From the NCBI GenBank assembly GCA_013115125.1, contig JABANN010000163.1, positions 1 through 58,688 on the forward strand: a stretch of DNA of 58,688 nt, in the 5' to 3' direction. The position numbers were made by a program, and so were the translations under genes. Source of the stretch: Perkinsus olseni. Its lineage: Eukaryota. Below are positions 14,601 through 27,696 of the stretch, one piece after another (position 1 is the first letter of the stretch; each line of letters begins with the position of its first letter). The notes below the pieces were generated by a model that saw nothing but the letters and a program-made list of their open reading frames with translations, was not told the origin of the DNA and made no database searches.

Positions 14601-17600
14601 TCCCCTTGACGTATCGCGCACCCACGCGCATCTCGTGGCATCCTCTTTGAAGGACTGAATCTAAGCAGAGCAGTCTTGTATTGGGTTTAATAGACGTTAT
14701 TCTACTGTCGCAAGATACTCTCACATTTCTTTTGAATGGAGAAGCTCATCGGATCACCATGCCTCAGAGTGTCCCGTTGGTGCTTGGTTGTCAGATACAC
14801 CCCACCGATGTGTCGAGACCCTCAGTCGCCTTGTGCCGATTTGGTCGTTTCGGCGAAATTTCTGGACCGCAAACGTCGACAAGAAGAAGCCAAGATGTCG
14901 ATGCTACAAACTACCCTCATCATCATTCTGCTCGGCTTAGGAGCCATGCTTTTCAGTAGGCAAACAAGGGTGCGAGACTCGTCATTATCCAGTTCAATCG
15001 GATTGTCGCCACCCGTGCTCTGGTCAGGCTCCGACACTCAAAAAGTGGTGATCGCGCCAATAGAGAAGATGGTAAATATCGTCAAGCAGCTGGCCGACGA
15101 TCCGCTAAGGAAACCCGAAGTGGAGGACGAAGAAGAAGAATCTGAAGGCTCTGAAGATGAGTGAGACGGCTACCTTATTGTCGGGTGTAGCGGTGGCCAT
15201 AATTGTGGTGATAATATAACGATAACTCGTGGTGACCACATACATCCTCAAACAACGTGCCCATAGACAAATCCTTGAACATGTGCTCGGCATGACGCGA
15301 AGATCTCGGCAGCACTCTTATCCGCAGCATCATTCGGTTCGATACCCAGTGTATGGAGGGAATGCTCGTTATATAGAGCAGGTAGAGAAGTGATAACTTC
15401 GGACCAGCTGGGCGATAGCTGTAGGTCCTATCGGGATTCGAACCCGAGTTGCTGGATTCAAAGTCCAGAGTGCTAACCACTACACTATAGGACCTATAGG
15501 AGAGGGTTACACCTCGGCGACCCGACGAATGGCCTACTTGTTTCTCGAGAATTCAGGACACATCTAGTCTCGATCCTCCACCTCTTACGCCACTCCATGA
15601 GATACTGGACCGATGTTGCGCATGACAATCGTAGATATTGCATCGCTTACTGCAAAAAACGATTTACCTTGGTAAGGTCTTATCAGGATTCGAACCCGAG
15701 TTGCTGGATTCAAAGTCCAGAGTGCTAACCGCTACACTATAGGACCATAAAAATTTTGTCGATCTTCCTACCCGAGTGATTGAACTCTTTGGTGGCGTTC
15801 TTTTGCGGGAAGTCTTCATGCTCACACAAGGCGCACTCGGGACCTAAACAGCACGTATGGTTTGACGAGTGCGGCCCTGGCTCGATTCTTTCCAGTTTCG
15901 GGCTCTGAATAAGTGCTGACAAAGCGCCCATAACCTTGAATCACCTTATAGCCTTGAATACGGCCAACGAAATCGGCACCATTTGTGGACGAAACATTCC
16001 GATATCCGTCGCTAAACATTGAAAATTACTTTGCAATCGTCTTCACAATGGGGGATTCCAATCTCTCGTCTTGGAAGGTTCCCGTCTGAAGAACCGGCGG
16101 CCTTTGGACGGTCTACGACGCGGCAGACTAAGATGAGTAGCTAAGACCTTCCTTTCGTTCGTCTACCTAGCTCTTGCAGGATCAACCAAGATCTCCTCAG
16201 CTGGCGATGACAGGCAGATGGAGACTGCTCTATTGGAGAACACCATTCTGAAGATCGGCGGACTGCTGCGGGTCAGGAGTCGTGAACTGTTCATGAGTGA
16301 CTGCTACTACGTTGAGCTCAAAACGATTGGCACTCATCTTCCTCACTTAGAGCATTGGAATGCTTCATTTGTAGCCCGGATGATCCTTGGATGCAATGCG
16401 AAAGGAAATCCCACGTAAACTTCGTGCTAGGTTGGATTCGGGCAGGCCGGGGCACAAATTATAGGCAAGAATATGAGTCAGAGTAGCGGCAACTCCAGTG
16501 GCCTGAACATCATGTTACCCGGCAGGAAGGTGAGATTCATTCTTGACAGACTCTTAGAATTCTCCATTTCCCTCTCACGTCGACTTTTCGTCCTTAAATT
16601 GATGGCATGATTGTTTTTCGGAACGTATCCGAGAGTGTTCCTCTTCCCTGGCGACAGTTGAACAGCTGGCAAAGTTAAAGAATAAAAATTAAGGTTTATG
16701 ATCTGGGAAGCTCCCAGTTCAATTAACGTGCATGATTCATGAAATTCGTGAGGGAATTCATGATGTGCAACGAGTAGCCCACAGCAGCAGGTTAGTCCAT
16801 GACAAGCGGTTGCAGGTTGAAGGAGTTTACGCTTACTGCGACATACGAAAGTTCGGAGAGACTGCAGAATGCCTCCTCGAGGAAGTAAGACGCCCGGCTT
16901 CGACTCACAGTGTTGGTACTTGGTGCCCTGAGTTCCATCGATTCACTCGTTATGGCGTATCGCGGATCCACCATTAGACGACTCTCAGGTCATGGTATTC
17001 GTCAATAAAATTGCGCGGATTGTTCACATCTGCGCAGACGAGTGGGAAGGGGCCGCGAATAAAAACCTGGGCGACAGTTTCTTGCTCACCTGGCTGCTAC
17101 CGCAACAGAAGGATCCCGAGTCTGTTTCAGAGGTGAGAGAGTGCGCTGAGGAAATGCAAGATTGCAAGATTTAACAAATATCAGGTGATTTCAGCGTCAT
17201 CCCGGGGGAGATCAAGAGCATCGTTAAAGATACGTCGTACGTTGGCCTTAGCCTATCGAAGTCCCGCGACGAATTAGTGAAATTAGAAACGAGCTCGCGA
17301 AGTCGTGAGCTGGATCCATCTACATCACATTGCCTTCATCTCTCTCAGCTAACACGGCCAATACGGGCACGATAACTCAGGGAACTCGCGGGTGAGTATT
17401 TTTCGTTCGTGGCAATCAACGGCGGCAGTTTAGCTATGACACCCGGCCCCTTCAGGAGTGCCTCCCTCTTTGGTGGGCATTTTTTCCAAAACTTGCTATC
17501 TTGTTTTTCCAGAATTGGTCGATCAATTATCTCCGTTGCATGAATTCTCAGCCATGGACGTGCGCTGAAATCGCCCCTTCCAAATCGGCGCAGCAGGAAT

Positions 17601-19753
17601 GCTGAGGCCCAAGTATTTTTTTGTGGTGCGAGTTGGTTTCTCACCAGTTTCCCAGTGGAATCCCCCATCGCCCTTGCGGACGAGTACAGCGTTAAGAAAC
17701 AGCAAGACTGGCAAGATTTGGCCGAGAAAGCTCTGCTAGGGTGCATCAAAATTATCGCCGAGATTCGTCGGGCTGGGGACCTGAAAGCATACGCCAAGCA
17801 TCCGAAATTGATACCAAAATTTAGTCTAACGTACCAAGTGGATGTCGGAATAGCCCTTCATAGTGGCTGGAGCGTGGAAGGTAATCTTGTGGCGCGCGGA
17901 GTACTTCTTCTGGAGCCTTCTGTTGCAGGAGCCATTGGCAGTGAGACGAAGATAGACGCGACTTATATTGGCTTCAACGTCAGCGTTGCCCGTTCTCTGG
18001 TGAGCTTTCGCACTTTGTATCCATTAAGTCACAGGGAAAGAGAATTTTCTTTCCAGTTTTCTGTACGAACTTTGTAAGCGATTTTCTGGCCATTGGATAG
18101 GCCCTGTCTTGAAGCAGATGCTCGTATAGGGAACCTCGGATTCGAATGTCTTTTCTTGATTCACGTCAAGATTATCTCATGGCGACAGAATCAGTGCTTA
18201 ATAGTGCAACAATGTTGATTCTCAAGCACCGATGAAATGCTTCACTTGTCGTTTCTCCCGTTATGATGGTGTGATAGAGACACTCCCCGACTCAATCTTC
18301 CATCAGGTCAGGGCACTCCCTCTGTACGGTTGCAGCCTCCTTCTCAGTGGTGACCTTATGGAGCATCTTGGTGGCAAGCTGAGAGACAGATGCCGGCTCA
18401 TTGACGAGGTGAAACTACTGACTAATAGTCATCTACGAAAGCTAATGGAACCTGAAAAACCTTGTGCTAATGCTAGTCGCAAGTGGTTCGCGAAGTGTTC
18501 CAACTGTATAATGCGATGGTATGAAACGTGCTCACGGAAGTCAAGGCTTCTGGACGTCAACGATTTCGCTCATCATCAGCACAGTTTGAGTGAACTTTTG
18601 CTCCGTTTTCCGTAGAGAATGGTCGGCGAGGTTGGCAGGGAGCCTAGGAAGGAGCTAAAGTGTGAGATATACTCTTTCGATATCAATGATAAGGTGCCCG
18701 AGGCTCCCGAAAGTGAGCGCTTGATCGGATGCAACTGTGATTCGGGATTCCCGATCTATTCGAATCGTTGATCTCAGACCATCTCCTTGGCAGGGTCGTC
18801 TCGAGAGCTGAAATGTCAATGAAAAGTCTAGATGATAATAAGGTCGAATACGTAAGTGTATCTTTGCACCTCGTTGCGAGCACGGAAGTTGAAGAGCGTC
18901 TTTTTAGTTGTTTGAGCTCGATAAGGATGTGCAAGTCTTGCAGGAAGGTTTTGATCTAGAATTCAGAACTATATGGCGGCAAGCGTGAGTGGGGCGCGGC
19001 GAATCCCTTCGAAGTGACGAGAAGAGCTCGCGTTTTTTCATTCGCTGTTCAGAATTCCACCAATTATTTCGAATGCAGCCTTTCATCCTCGTGAGTAAGC
19101 TACTCCCTGAGTAGCTCTGTGTAGTACTCAGCGAAGCCCCAAATCAGCTTTCTCATTCGTTGCAGTCGTCGACTATTGTCTCCTCTCACAAGGACCTGTT
19201 GTGAATCTGATCGTGAGTGATACGCAGATTACCAAATCGAACTTAGTGTACTACTCATTCTCATGTATCTTCACAATCTATTTGGAGAATTGGTTGCCGC
19301 TTTGCATGGCACAGCGGACGAAAATGATTTGATATGAACAAATAGCTTCCTCCGTTTCAGCTACCACTTTTTCACTCATGGTAGCTGGCAGAAGGCGAAG
19401 CAAATGTTTGAGAAGTGCGACACTATGATTCCGGCTGGAGATGGACCGAGTCGGGCATTGATAAGGTCGGATACGTTTCGTGGCGCGGGATCGGACTGAG
19501 ATGCTCAGGTACATGCAGGAATATCATTTTGAGAAACCAGAGAAGCTTCGAGGTGTCGTTCCTCACTTGAAGATAGCACTCTCTTGAGGCTCATGGGTCC
19601 AAGCTTCCACGATGATGAGCGGTTAGCTGTCGATCTGTTGACCGATCACAATGCGCATGACTGGCATGCCCACGGTATCTTGTTTCCACATACGCACTGT
19701 TCTCTTGTTTCCAAGGGGTGGCCGGAGGCAAAACTTTGATGGAAGAGCTGTAA
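11691..19753 (+). CDS. ACalpha: Alveolate ion-channel-fused adenylyl cyclase (AC-alpha type): 6TM domain with S4 voltage sensor, class III cyclase domain, C-terminal TPR-like tail; many introns, start approximate
   Basis: Exons translate to FFFWLDCVATVSLIPDIGWI; S4-like ARAGRASRAGSRAGRIVRLVRLVRLLRVV; DTQKVVIAPIEKMVNIVKQLADDPL; ETALLENTILKIGGLLRVGFGQAGAQIIGKNM; YCDIRKF; FVNKIARIVH..ANKNLGDSFLLTW; GIALHSGWSVEGAIGSETKID; DGPSRALIRYM. These match the ciliate/apicomplexan AC-alpha architecture. Confidence 0.92.
13088..13159 (-). tRNA. trnQ-TTG: tRNA-Gln(TTG), antisense within an AC-alpha intron
   Basis: Reverse complement GGTCCTATAGTGTAGTGGTTAGCACTCTGGACTTTGAATCCAGCGACTCGGGTTCGAATCCCGATAGGACCT is 72 nt with a full cloverleaf and anticodon TTG. 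Confidence 0.95.
15423..15494 (-). tRNA. trnQ-TTG: tRNA-Gln(TTG), second copy, antisense within an AC-alpha intron
   Basis: Identical to 13088-13159 except one variable-loop base. Intact cloverleaf. Confidence 0.95.
15675..15746 (-). tRNA. trnQ-TTG: tRNA-Gln(TTG), third variant copy with a C-A mismatch in the acceptor stem
   Basis: Reverse complement GGTCCTATAGTGTAGCGGTTAGCACTCTGGACTTTGAATCCAGCAACTCGGGTTCGAATCCTGATAAGACCT. A T-run about 15 nt downstream could act as a Pol III terminator. Confidence 0.85.
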
Positions 19754-19955
19754 CCGATTTCTTCATCGATGAGCATCCCAGGGACAGAGGCTAAATCTAG
19801 TTGGACATGAATCAGAGAAATCGCAAACACGGGGATGAGCAACAATACCAGTATTAGAGTCGAGATAGTCACGGCATCACCTCGCTGCTACTGTTAAGTA
19901 GCACTGTCGAACTTAATGAGGATATTATTCGCGGTGCGAAGTTCAATGTTTCTCA

Positions 19956-22900
19956 ATGAGTACCCTGCGTAAAACCTTCCACGATCCTTTGCTCAGCGTT
20001 GATGAGTTGATGGATGACCCCGTGAGGCAGCCACCGCGTATCGTTTTGACCGTGGTAGGTTCAGCTGGCTCCAGCGTTCGCGAAAATATCAATCCTGCGC
20101 AGGTTCGGCTGCAGGCGGTGGCACGATGGCGGCACTACCTGAAAACTAAAGGTGAGAATCCTTTGCCGCTTCGTCGTTATTGGAATTCTTACGAGATTCG
20201 TTTTCTGCAAGCCCTTTTCCTCGGATTAGCCCTCCAGATGAGAATTGCAGGACGCTTTTCTCTCTCATAAGCCAGATGGTGAAATCGATTCTTATCATGT
20301 TGGTTTTACTTCGCTCGCATAGATATCTGAAGTGCGTGCGAGTTTATGGTCCAACGCCGATTCCGGCTTCAGTTGAGGTTAGCTTAAATTTGAGGTCGTA
20401 AATGTATTATTCGTAGTCAAATTATTCCTGGCGCCTCCTACACGAGTCACCACACTACTAATTTCAGATAGCCTGAGGTGGTCCGAAGAGGTGTGTCCTC
20501 CCCTACCGGAGATAGCAGTGGGACTCTATCTGTGTCGAAGGCTTCGAAATCCCCACTGGGTGATTTGCATTAACTGACTCTTGTATCTTTCATCACTGCA
20601 CTTCTCAGGTGGACCTCAGTTTTGAAGCACTCCAAGTAGCATCGATTGTTTGTGCGAAGGATGTGAGTTGCTCTCCGCTGTTTACGCGTCCTGTGGAAGT
20701 TTCTGCGAAGCTTTTTCGGAAATTTCCAGATCAAATTCTGTAGCGCGAAGAAAAATTTATGGTTCTCCGTTTTACCATCCACTAGTATCTGCCGTCTCGG
20801 TCCCACCAACCATGCTATGATGATTTTCTAGATCTTTCTCATGTTCGCTCTCCTTCTTCAGCGCGACTTGGATGTAACTTTAGTCGAGAGCCTTCAAAGG
20901 ACCTGCACTCGATCTCTTGGGGGAGATCACCCGGCCGTGGTGAGAGTTGACTCTGTTTGAGCTTTATCGATCGTCGGTCTCCACGGTCCTTCCGTTATGG
21001 AATAAACGAAAGCCTCTTCCGGTCTCACGGTCTCTTCTCGCATTTTCGTGAGGTTTCATCTCTTGCGGGGCATCGTCTGATGTCATCTTTGAGCCTCCTG
21101 TTAGCCGTCCGACGCGAACTAGATCGTTTGCCTTCGACCTGGAGCTCTTGATTCTTTTCTTCACCGGTTTGCGTGAATTTTACTGGCGGAATGTCATTTG
21201 CCGAGCGATTGATGGCGGGGGATGTTACATTTCCGTCAATAATTCCGAGCGGTCAATCGATCCCCGCAGGTTATGTTGTCGGAGAAGCTTCACCGAATGT
21301 TGGTTGACCTCCAGGAAGGCCTTCAAGCTGAGATCGATCAACTTGGCGTGGCAAAAACCGCACAGTCCCAGAAAGCGGCGACACCGTAAGATTGGAATAA
21401 TCCTTTTATTACTCGCGCAATTCCATTTTCACCCGTTTTCACGATAACTTTCTCGCACAAAAATTCTACTGGCCATCGTGCTCAGCGGATAGCTCTTCCG
21501 AGATTGTTATCGTGGTCCTGATTGAAATCTCGTGAAACGCGAGTGCACGGGTCCTCACTCTTTCTGGGGAGTTGCGGCCGAATGAAAGTTGCCCCTGCAG
21601 CGTTCGGGTAGCGTGGAGCGAGGGGTTTTCAGGTATCGAATCCACAAGCTGATAGAGCGGTACAGGAAGTCTCTGCCCCGTTCGATGCTGGGCATACTCA
21701 ACTTCGCGGAGGAAGAGTTGAAGTGCAGGTGAGTCGACTGCTTTTTTCGACGGGTTGGTGGAGAGGGGCCGTCCCGGAAGTCCGGATACACAGTCGGCCA
21801 GTCATAATTCTCAAGTGACTAATTGCGTCCTGGAAGCTGCCTCTGATCTCGATTGAGAAGCCCTGGTGTTGATGAGGTATCTTTGGCTCTTATCATAGGA
21901 GACTGGTGGTTGTGCTATTTCGGAAGGTCGGTCAAGTTAGTGCTCTGTGAAGCGTGTTTCCTCACGCTTCGCCGAATATGGCGGATAATTGGTCCCATGC
22001 AGCTCGGTGTCCTCTTAGTAAGTGCTGAAGCCGACCGTATGAGATTCTGGGAAAACTAGAATTCGCTGCGTATGTATTTGCTGATACTGTAGCTTCGCTA
22101 ATGAGTAAACTAACGAGAATGAACGATAGAATCATGCGAAATTCCGGAATTGTAGTGGACGAAGGATGAACAGAAAAATCGTTTCTCTCGTTGGAGGCCT
22201 TCGGAGAGGGATTTGTTGTAACCGGTTCCTTTCTGTTCAGATATGAGGATGCAGAAACACGTATCCTGGAGAAACTGCGAAGGGCACGTAAGATCGCAAG
22301 ATTTAGAGCAACTACGCTCAATGGTCGCTCAGGGTCTCTGAACGATATCAAAAATGTCGAGGAGTACGCCTACCTTCAGCTGGGGACTATGAGCAGTCGG
22401 GTTTGGCCGGCCATTGCGAAACGCAAACGCCAGCGGCAGCAGTTCTTAGAGTAAACGTTACTGCAAAATCTTGAGATCTTTCATTTCCTCCACGCTCAGA
22501 TACGAGTTAGAGATTCGATGGGAATGGCCGCTTTCTGGCAGTCTCATAGTGTTAGATTCTGCGGCACGGCAGTACGTGAGCGAACTTGGCAACGAGCATC
22601 CGATGTTGAACGAGTTCTTGGCCGATCGACTTCGGCTTGAGATGAGGTGCGCTAGGTCCCCACGCTCGACCCACAAAATGTCAGGGAAGCCCGCGAAAAG
22701 AGTGGCCAGATATCGATTATATCGCACAAGAGTTATGTTTCATTGATTCGGATTTCTGCTAGTCAACTAGATACTCAGTTTTTCACGATGTCGCGTCTTT
22801 CATACCGTAGTTTGAGTGACATGTATTTGTTTCATCGTAAGAAGCCCATACCGTATGGCTGTTTACGCGCTCTACACTTGCGGGATAAGTGTAGTTCACA

Positions 22901-25900
22901 CAAAGCGGATGGGACGACGATGGGGTCATATCTCTCTGAAGCGTGATAGGAGGTGCTGGTCAGCGCCAGTGAAAAACGATGAACCTCCGAAGGCTGACTA
23001 ATATCATTCTGACTGTCTTCAGATATACTGACGAAATGATGATCGAGATGATGGTGCTGGGTGAGCAGGCTAACGCTTTACGGCAGCAAATTGAGGAAGC
23101 GAGAGTGAAGCATTTGAGGATCGAGTACGTTCCTAGCTAGAGGCGTCACAAAGCTTGCTTCACATTCTTGAAACTTTACAGTGAGTTGTAGACGAAAATT
23201 CCGCGAGCTTCATCTCCATTCGAGAGCTCAGTAGCTAGCTTTTAGGAGGAGAGATACTCATGGTACTGAGTTGCATGTCCTTTAGAATTTAAGTCTTTCC
23301 TGGTCAACGCTAGCGCGCCTCCAATGGGACTTCCTGAGAGCACTACGATGTCAATGACGATCAGCTCAACTCAGATATGAGCGGCAGTTGGCGTCCACGC
23401 GAAAGTTGGTGAGAGACAGGCTTGAAAGCCACTGGTCGGGTGTGGTGGGCAAGGTCAATGGCAAGATGCTAGAGTTCGCAAAGGCCACATTGGGAGACGA
23501 GGAATATCCCTCATTCGTGAGGGCGTGGGTTCGATCCTCGATGGGGTTATTCTCATGCTCAGATTTCCGCTTTATTGGATCGCGACATTGAGAATCTCGA
23601 TCGATTTGAGAAAGCCCAGAACGCGTCTCTAGACGTCGAGCCTGTCGAGCTCGTTCCCGAAGTCGAAGAGAATATCGATGTGGCTCACCGGTGAGGGTCT
23701 TCGGTCGTACCGGTGCTGCAGTCAGGAACCTAGTCGTAGGATGCGACTAATTTCGTGATAAATTGCGATGAAATTTTCATCGCGTATTGTTTGCGAGGGA
23801 AAACTTGTTTCCACTATTTCCTCGCCGAGGTCAATGCAGTCGAGCTCGCGATGCATCCGCTATTTGTGAGTTGTCTCCCTGCAGCGCAACAGAATCGCTC
23901 AGCACGGATTCCGTAGTCTTTCAAAAATCTTACGAATATTATTTTCTCACTGGGTATTTGAATCAGCCTGGTTCAAGATCTCTGTGGTCCTTTCTGAAGT
24001 GCATTTCTGTTTCCTTAGGGTATGGACCTTGGTGGGAGAGCTGGGAAAGGACCACCCGAAAGCAATTGAGACAGTAGGCTTGATTGCATGTTCTTTCCCT
24101 TCACCTTGCATGTCCAACAGGTGGAACGATTCGGCCAGAGGCACCTTGAGAAAGCTTCTAAGAACTTCGTCCGTGCTACTGAAGCGGTAAGTCACGGCGC
24201 TGCTCTCGAGTCGAGAGTCTCGACGAAAGCCTGAGCCACGTGTTTTCGAAAAGCATACCTCGCACGTGAGCAATCTGAGTGCAAAGGTGACGGTCAATCA
24301 CTGCGGTTCCTTTCCTGGAGAATCGTGGAGGTTCGTTCGCATCCTGAGCTCGCAGCTCTGATTCTACGAAAGAGTGGTACTCCTTTTCTCATATTCATCG
24401 TTACTGTTGAGCAATGAGAGTTCCGGAACGACTTGAAGTGCAGGTGTTATCGCTGATATCCTGATCTCTATTTAGCTGCGTGATCGCTCGTTATTGTACG
24501 GCGCAGAAGCAGAATCTGCGGAAGAGCCTCGGCAAAAACAAGTAGGTCACAACAAGGCTCGGTGGTTGGTACTTTTGAGCTTTCGCAACGTGGGGGTGGC
24601 TTTGGTATACGAACACGGAAAGGCAAGGAAGGGCAGGTATCTTTGGATTGATTTCCTTTCCAGCCGACAGCGGGAGTTGGACACAGCGAAGAGGCTCGAG
24701 ACGACATGGCCGAATTCGAGGCGGTCATCAATAAGATGATGCTGGCGTCGAAACTTCCGACTGATGATGGTAGGTTTTCGGTAGTCAAAAGAACGCTTTA
24801 TTCGTCTCAAAAAAAGGCGTGACGATTTATCTATAGAAAAGGAATGAAGTAGATCGCTTGTGCGTCTGCAGTTGAATATGCTGATAGTTAGCCGGGCAAA
24901 GTGTTCTTTTTAACGGTTTTTTGGTAGAAGGCGAATATGCTTTCCAATCAAGCTATTCTGAATCAATCGCGAACAGCTGAAATTTATGGTGGCTGGAACG
25001 TGTGGTTCGAGTGGAGATTACTCTCTTTCTGTTGTTAGATGCAGTCGCAAATTCGAATATGATGGCGACCTTTAAGAGCCACGCTGATCAATTGGGTCAG
25101 TCTCCTAAAACTGGAGCTGAGGAAACTCAAGATGAGCAGGGTGAGCAAGATTGAATCAAGTTGACTTCCCATTTGGCCGCTCATCAGAGTCCTCAGCCCA
25201 TGTTGATGAGACTGCTCTCCTCGACGGCCTTTCACCGGTCCTGCAATCAGTGAGTACTGTAGCCCCTCCGCTGTCGGCTAAGTTGAAAATGGACAGCCCT
25301 CTATCGACGACCGAAGCCGAGGTTGCTGTTGCCAAGCTGCAGAGGTACGTTCAGTAGATCGATTCGTGGATTGTTGGGCGATCTTCCTGAGCTCTGACAC
25401 AAGAGATGTGGATGGGGCCGTGATTTCATGCATCATCATCAAACGGTGGAGATTTTCCGGGAACTTCCGGGCTCCTTATCTTTATCCTCTATTCTAAGAA
25501 CTTTCTCGTCCTCTCTCCTTCCTCGGATTCTCTCTTCTCTGTTCGATATACTTGAGGACGGTTGCAATATTTCCGTGCTATTGGAACCATAGTCCTCGAG
25601 AGCTGTACTTCGTTCTTGATTGTTTAGATCCCTCCAGAGCAGCTTGAAGGTATCTAAGGCCCAAGTTGGAGTTCTCGGAGTTACTCAAAATCGGCTAGAG
25701 ATGTAGGTTGGGCATTCTACCACTGTTAGTGTTCAGTTGGTACCAGTTACTTCGACCTGTTCGACGGGCAGCCTGCGGCAGGAAAAACGAAGGAGTCGAA
25801 GTGGGCGCGTCTTGCCAAATATGATATTATTGCTTCGCTCAGGAGTTCAATGCCCTCCGCCGATGAGCTCTATGTCGAGATCGATCTGCAACTGCAGGAT

Positions 25901-27042
25901 ATCCAGAGTTATTTGCGCTCGCGATCTGAATTTGCTGAGTAAGAGAGCTGGCGGGTTCGCAGGGTTGTTAGCATCCATTGGAGCAGATATCTCAAAGATC
26001 ATGTCGCACTGCAAAGGCTGATGGCGGATGAGCGGTGGGCGGCGGAGTGCATGCGAGAAGTAATTGCTAGTTCCGAGAAACGCGTTCTGGGAATTTCATC
26101 GTATCAGAACCGGAAGCTCGGGAGGTCTGTCGTCTTGGACGGTACAGCCCGCAAACCGAGGAAGGTGAGCAATGGCCCGCCCTGGGACTCGGCAGAAAAC
26201 TCGCAGAATGGCTACGAACCACCGCCTTTCGACCCAACCCTGCCCGGCACTCTGCTAACGGAAGACCAAGGCGTCTCAACTTTGGGTAAAAGTCCTCGCA
26301 GCGTGAGGAGGAGCATCAGTTCATCAGATCCGAGGATTCGCGAAGTTGCACCACCTGCGAGATTGACTGACGAGAAGCTGGCGCAAACCTTACGGCCGAG
26401 TGCTGGCGCACACAAAGGTGAGCCGAAAATGTGTCTATTGGAGGGCGCGCCCGGATTTGAACCGAGGACCTGCTGATCTGCAGTCAGCCGCTCTACCACT
26501 GAGCTACACACCCGATGGTGCTGTTGAGCGCCATTGTCTCTTCATCTGGTCAATCCTTACAGGTGAATCTGCTTGGTTCATACCGGCTGGACCTCACCGA
26601 ACAACATCCCTCTTGAAAGACGAAGATCTCGCTAACCACAGGATGTAACTGCTTTCCGAGGATAGTTGCTGGCCGAACTGTCGAGTGTTTTCACCGCTAA
26701 TTTTCTCGTAACTTTTCAGCGTGCCTGACAGTGTCTATGCAATATATATCCACTAGGGTGACAGCACAACTGGCGATCCACCAGGTGCTCTTCTTGCGTA
26801 GGTACACTTTCTACGACGTCAAAGCGTGTGACTTAGACCTCCAAGAGAAATTCAATCCCCACGCTAAATTTTTTCTTACAAGACATCCTCTTTCTAATAT
26901 AAGCGCGAAAGACAAGCTTATTCTAGATAAGGTGCGAGAGCCTGGGTTTTGTATTCCTGCCGGCACATTGCTCATCCAGGTGACCGCCTTAGAGGCGACA
27001 GAGATTCACAACAGCGATGATACCTCTGATGCTCCTACATGA
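19956..27042 (+). CDS. Large multi-exon hypothetical protein(s), partly coiled-coil; may be more than one gene
   Basis: ATG at 19956 (MSTLRKTFHDPLLSVDELM). Plus-strand exons include YEDAETRILEKLRRARKIARF, RKLVRDRLESHWSGVVGKVNGKMLEF and RYTFYDVKACDLDLQEKFNPHAKFFL. Final stop at 27042. Regular GT-AG introns. Confidence 0.55.
26442..26513 (-). tRNA. trnC-GCA: tRNA-Cys(GCA), antisense within an intron (~26418-26561)
   Basis: Reverse complement GGGTGTGTAGCTCAGTGGTAGAGCGGCTGACTGCAGATCAGCAGGTCCTCGGTTCAAATCCGGGCGCGCCCT is 72 nt with anticodon GCA. TTTT lies about 13 nt downstream. Confidence 0.95.
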
Positions 27043-27696
27043 CTTGTGATATGTTCAGTTGTTCATTACTTGAGCACTTGAGCGCTGTTGAATTTAATGT
27101 TATAGTAGAAAACGCACAAAATACGAGCAACGCGTCGCTCGATTAGCGTCCAAACCTTTGTTGCTCAGGTGAACGATACGACGCGTTGAGTTACGTCCGG
27201 AATTCACGACGAAAGCTGATTGCATTCGTACTTAGTTTTAAGCTAATACCACTTCACGCTCGCTAAGAATAGTGCTCTCAATCGCCAGTCCAGTTGCCTA
27301 GAGACTGCTTTCCCGGCCCTCCACGACAGAGCCAATCGACGAAACCCCACGGTTCGGTTCCAGCTCGAGTCGAACTGCTAGCAGAGGTGATGACCCGAGA
27401 AAGGTGATGAGGCTCACGACGCTACCCAGGAAACCCAAGACTTGGGCGCGAAAACAACCGAGCAAGCCAAGTCAGGCCCGGAAAGTACCACCCCGCGTGA
27501 AGAGCCGCCAAAGAAATCCCTTTCATCAGAACTATCAACGCAAAGGAACATGAGTTTAAAAGAATATCCATGATAAGAGCTCATCTCGAGTACTTCTGAC
27601 GGAGGCGGATTGAAGCCCCTGTCTGTGCGAGTGGTAATGGTATAGCCCGACCTGAACAGGTCAGTAGACAGCGGTAGACATCCGACGGCGCTACCA

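Noticed and set aside
15175-15480. Minus-strand ORF beginning MVSTLDFESSNSGSNP (likewise 26212-26511)
   Set aside because: These are read-throughs of tRNA genes, not proteins.
18080-18150. Possible decayed tRNA-Ser/Leu in a cyclase intron
   Set aside because: Only GGATTCGAAT and a vague D-arm resemblance; too weak to count.
20468-20560. Possible structured RNA or tRNA-Leu-like segment
   Set aside because: No convincing cloverleaf. Explained by two micro-exons and a short GT-AG intron.
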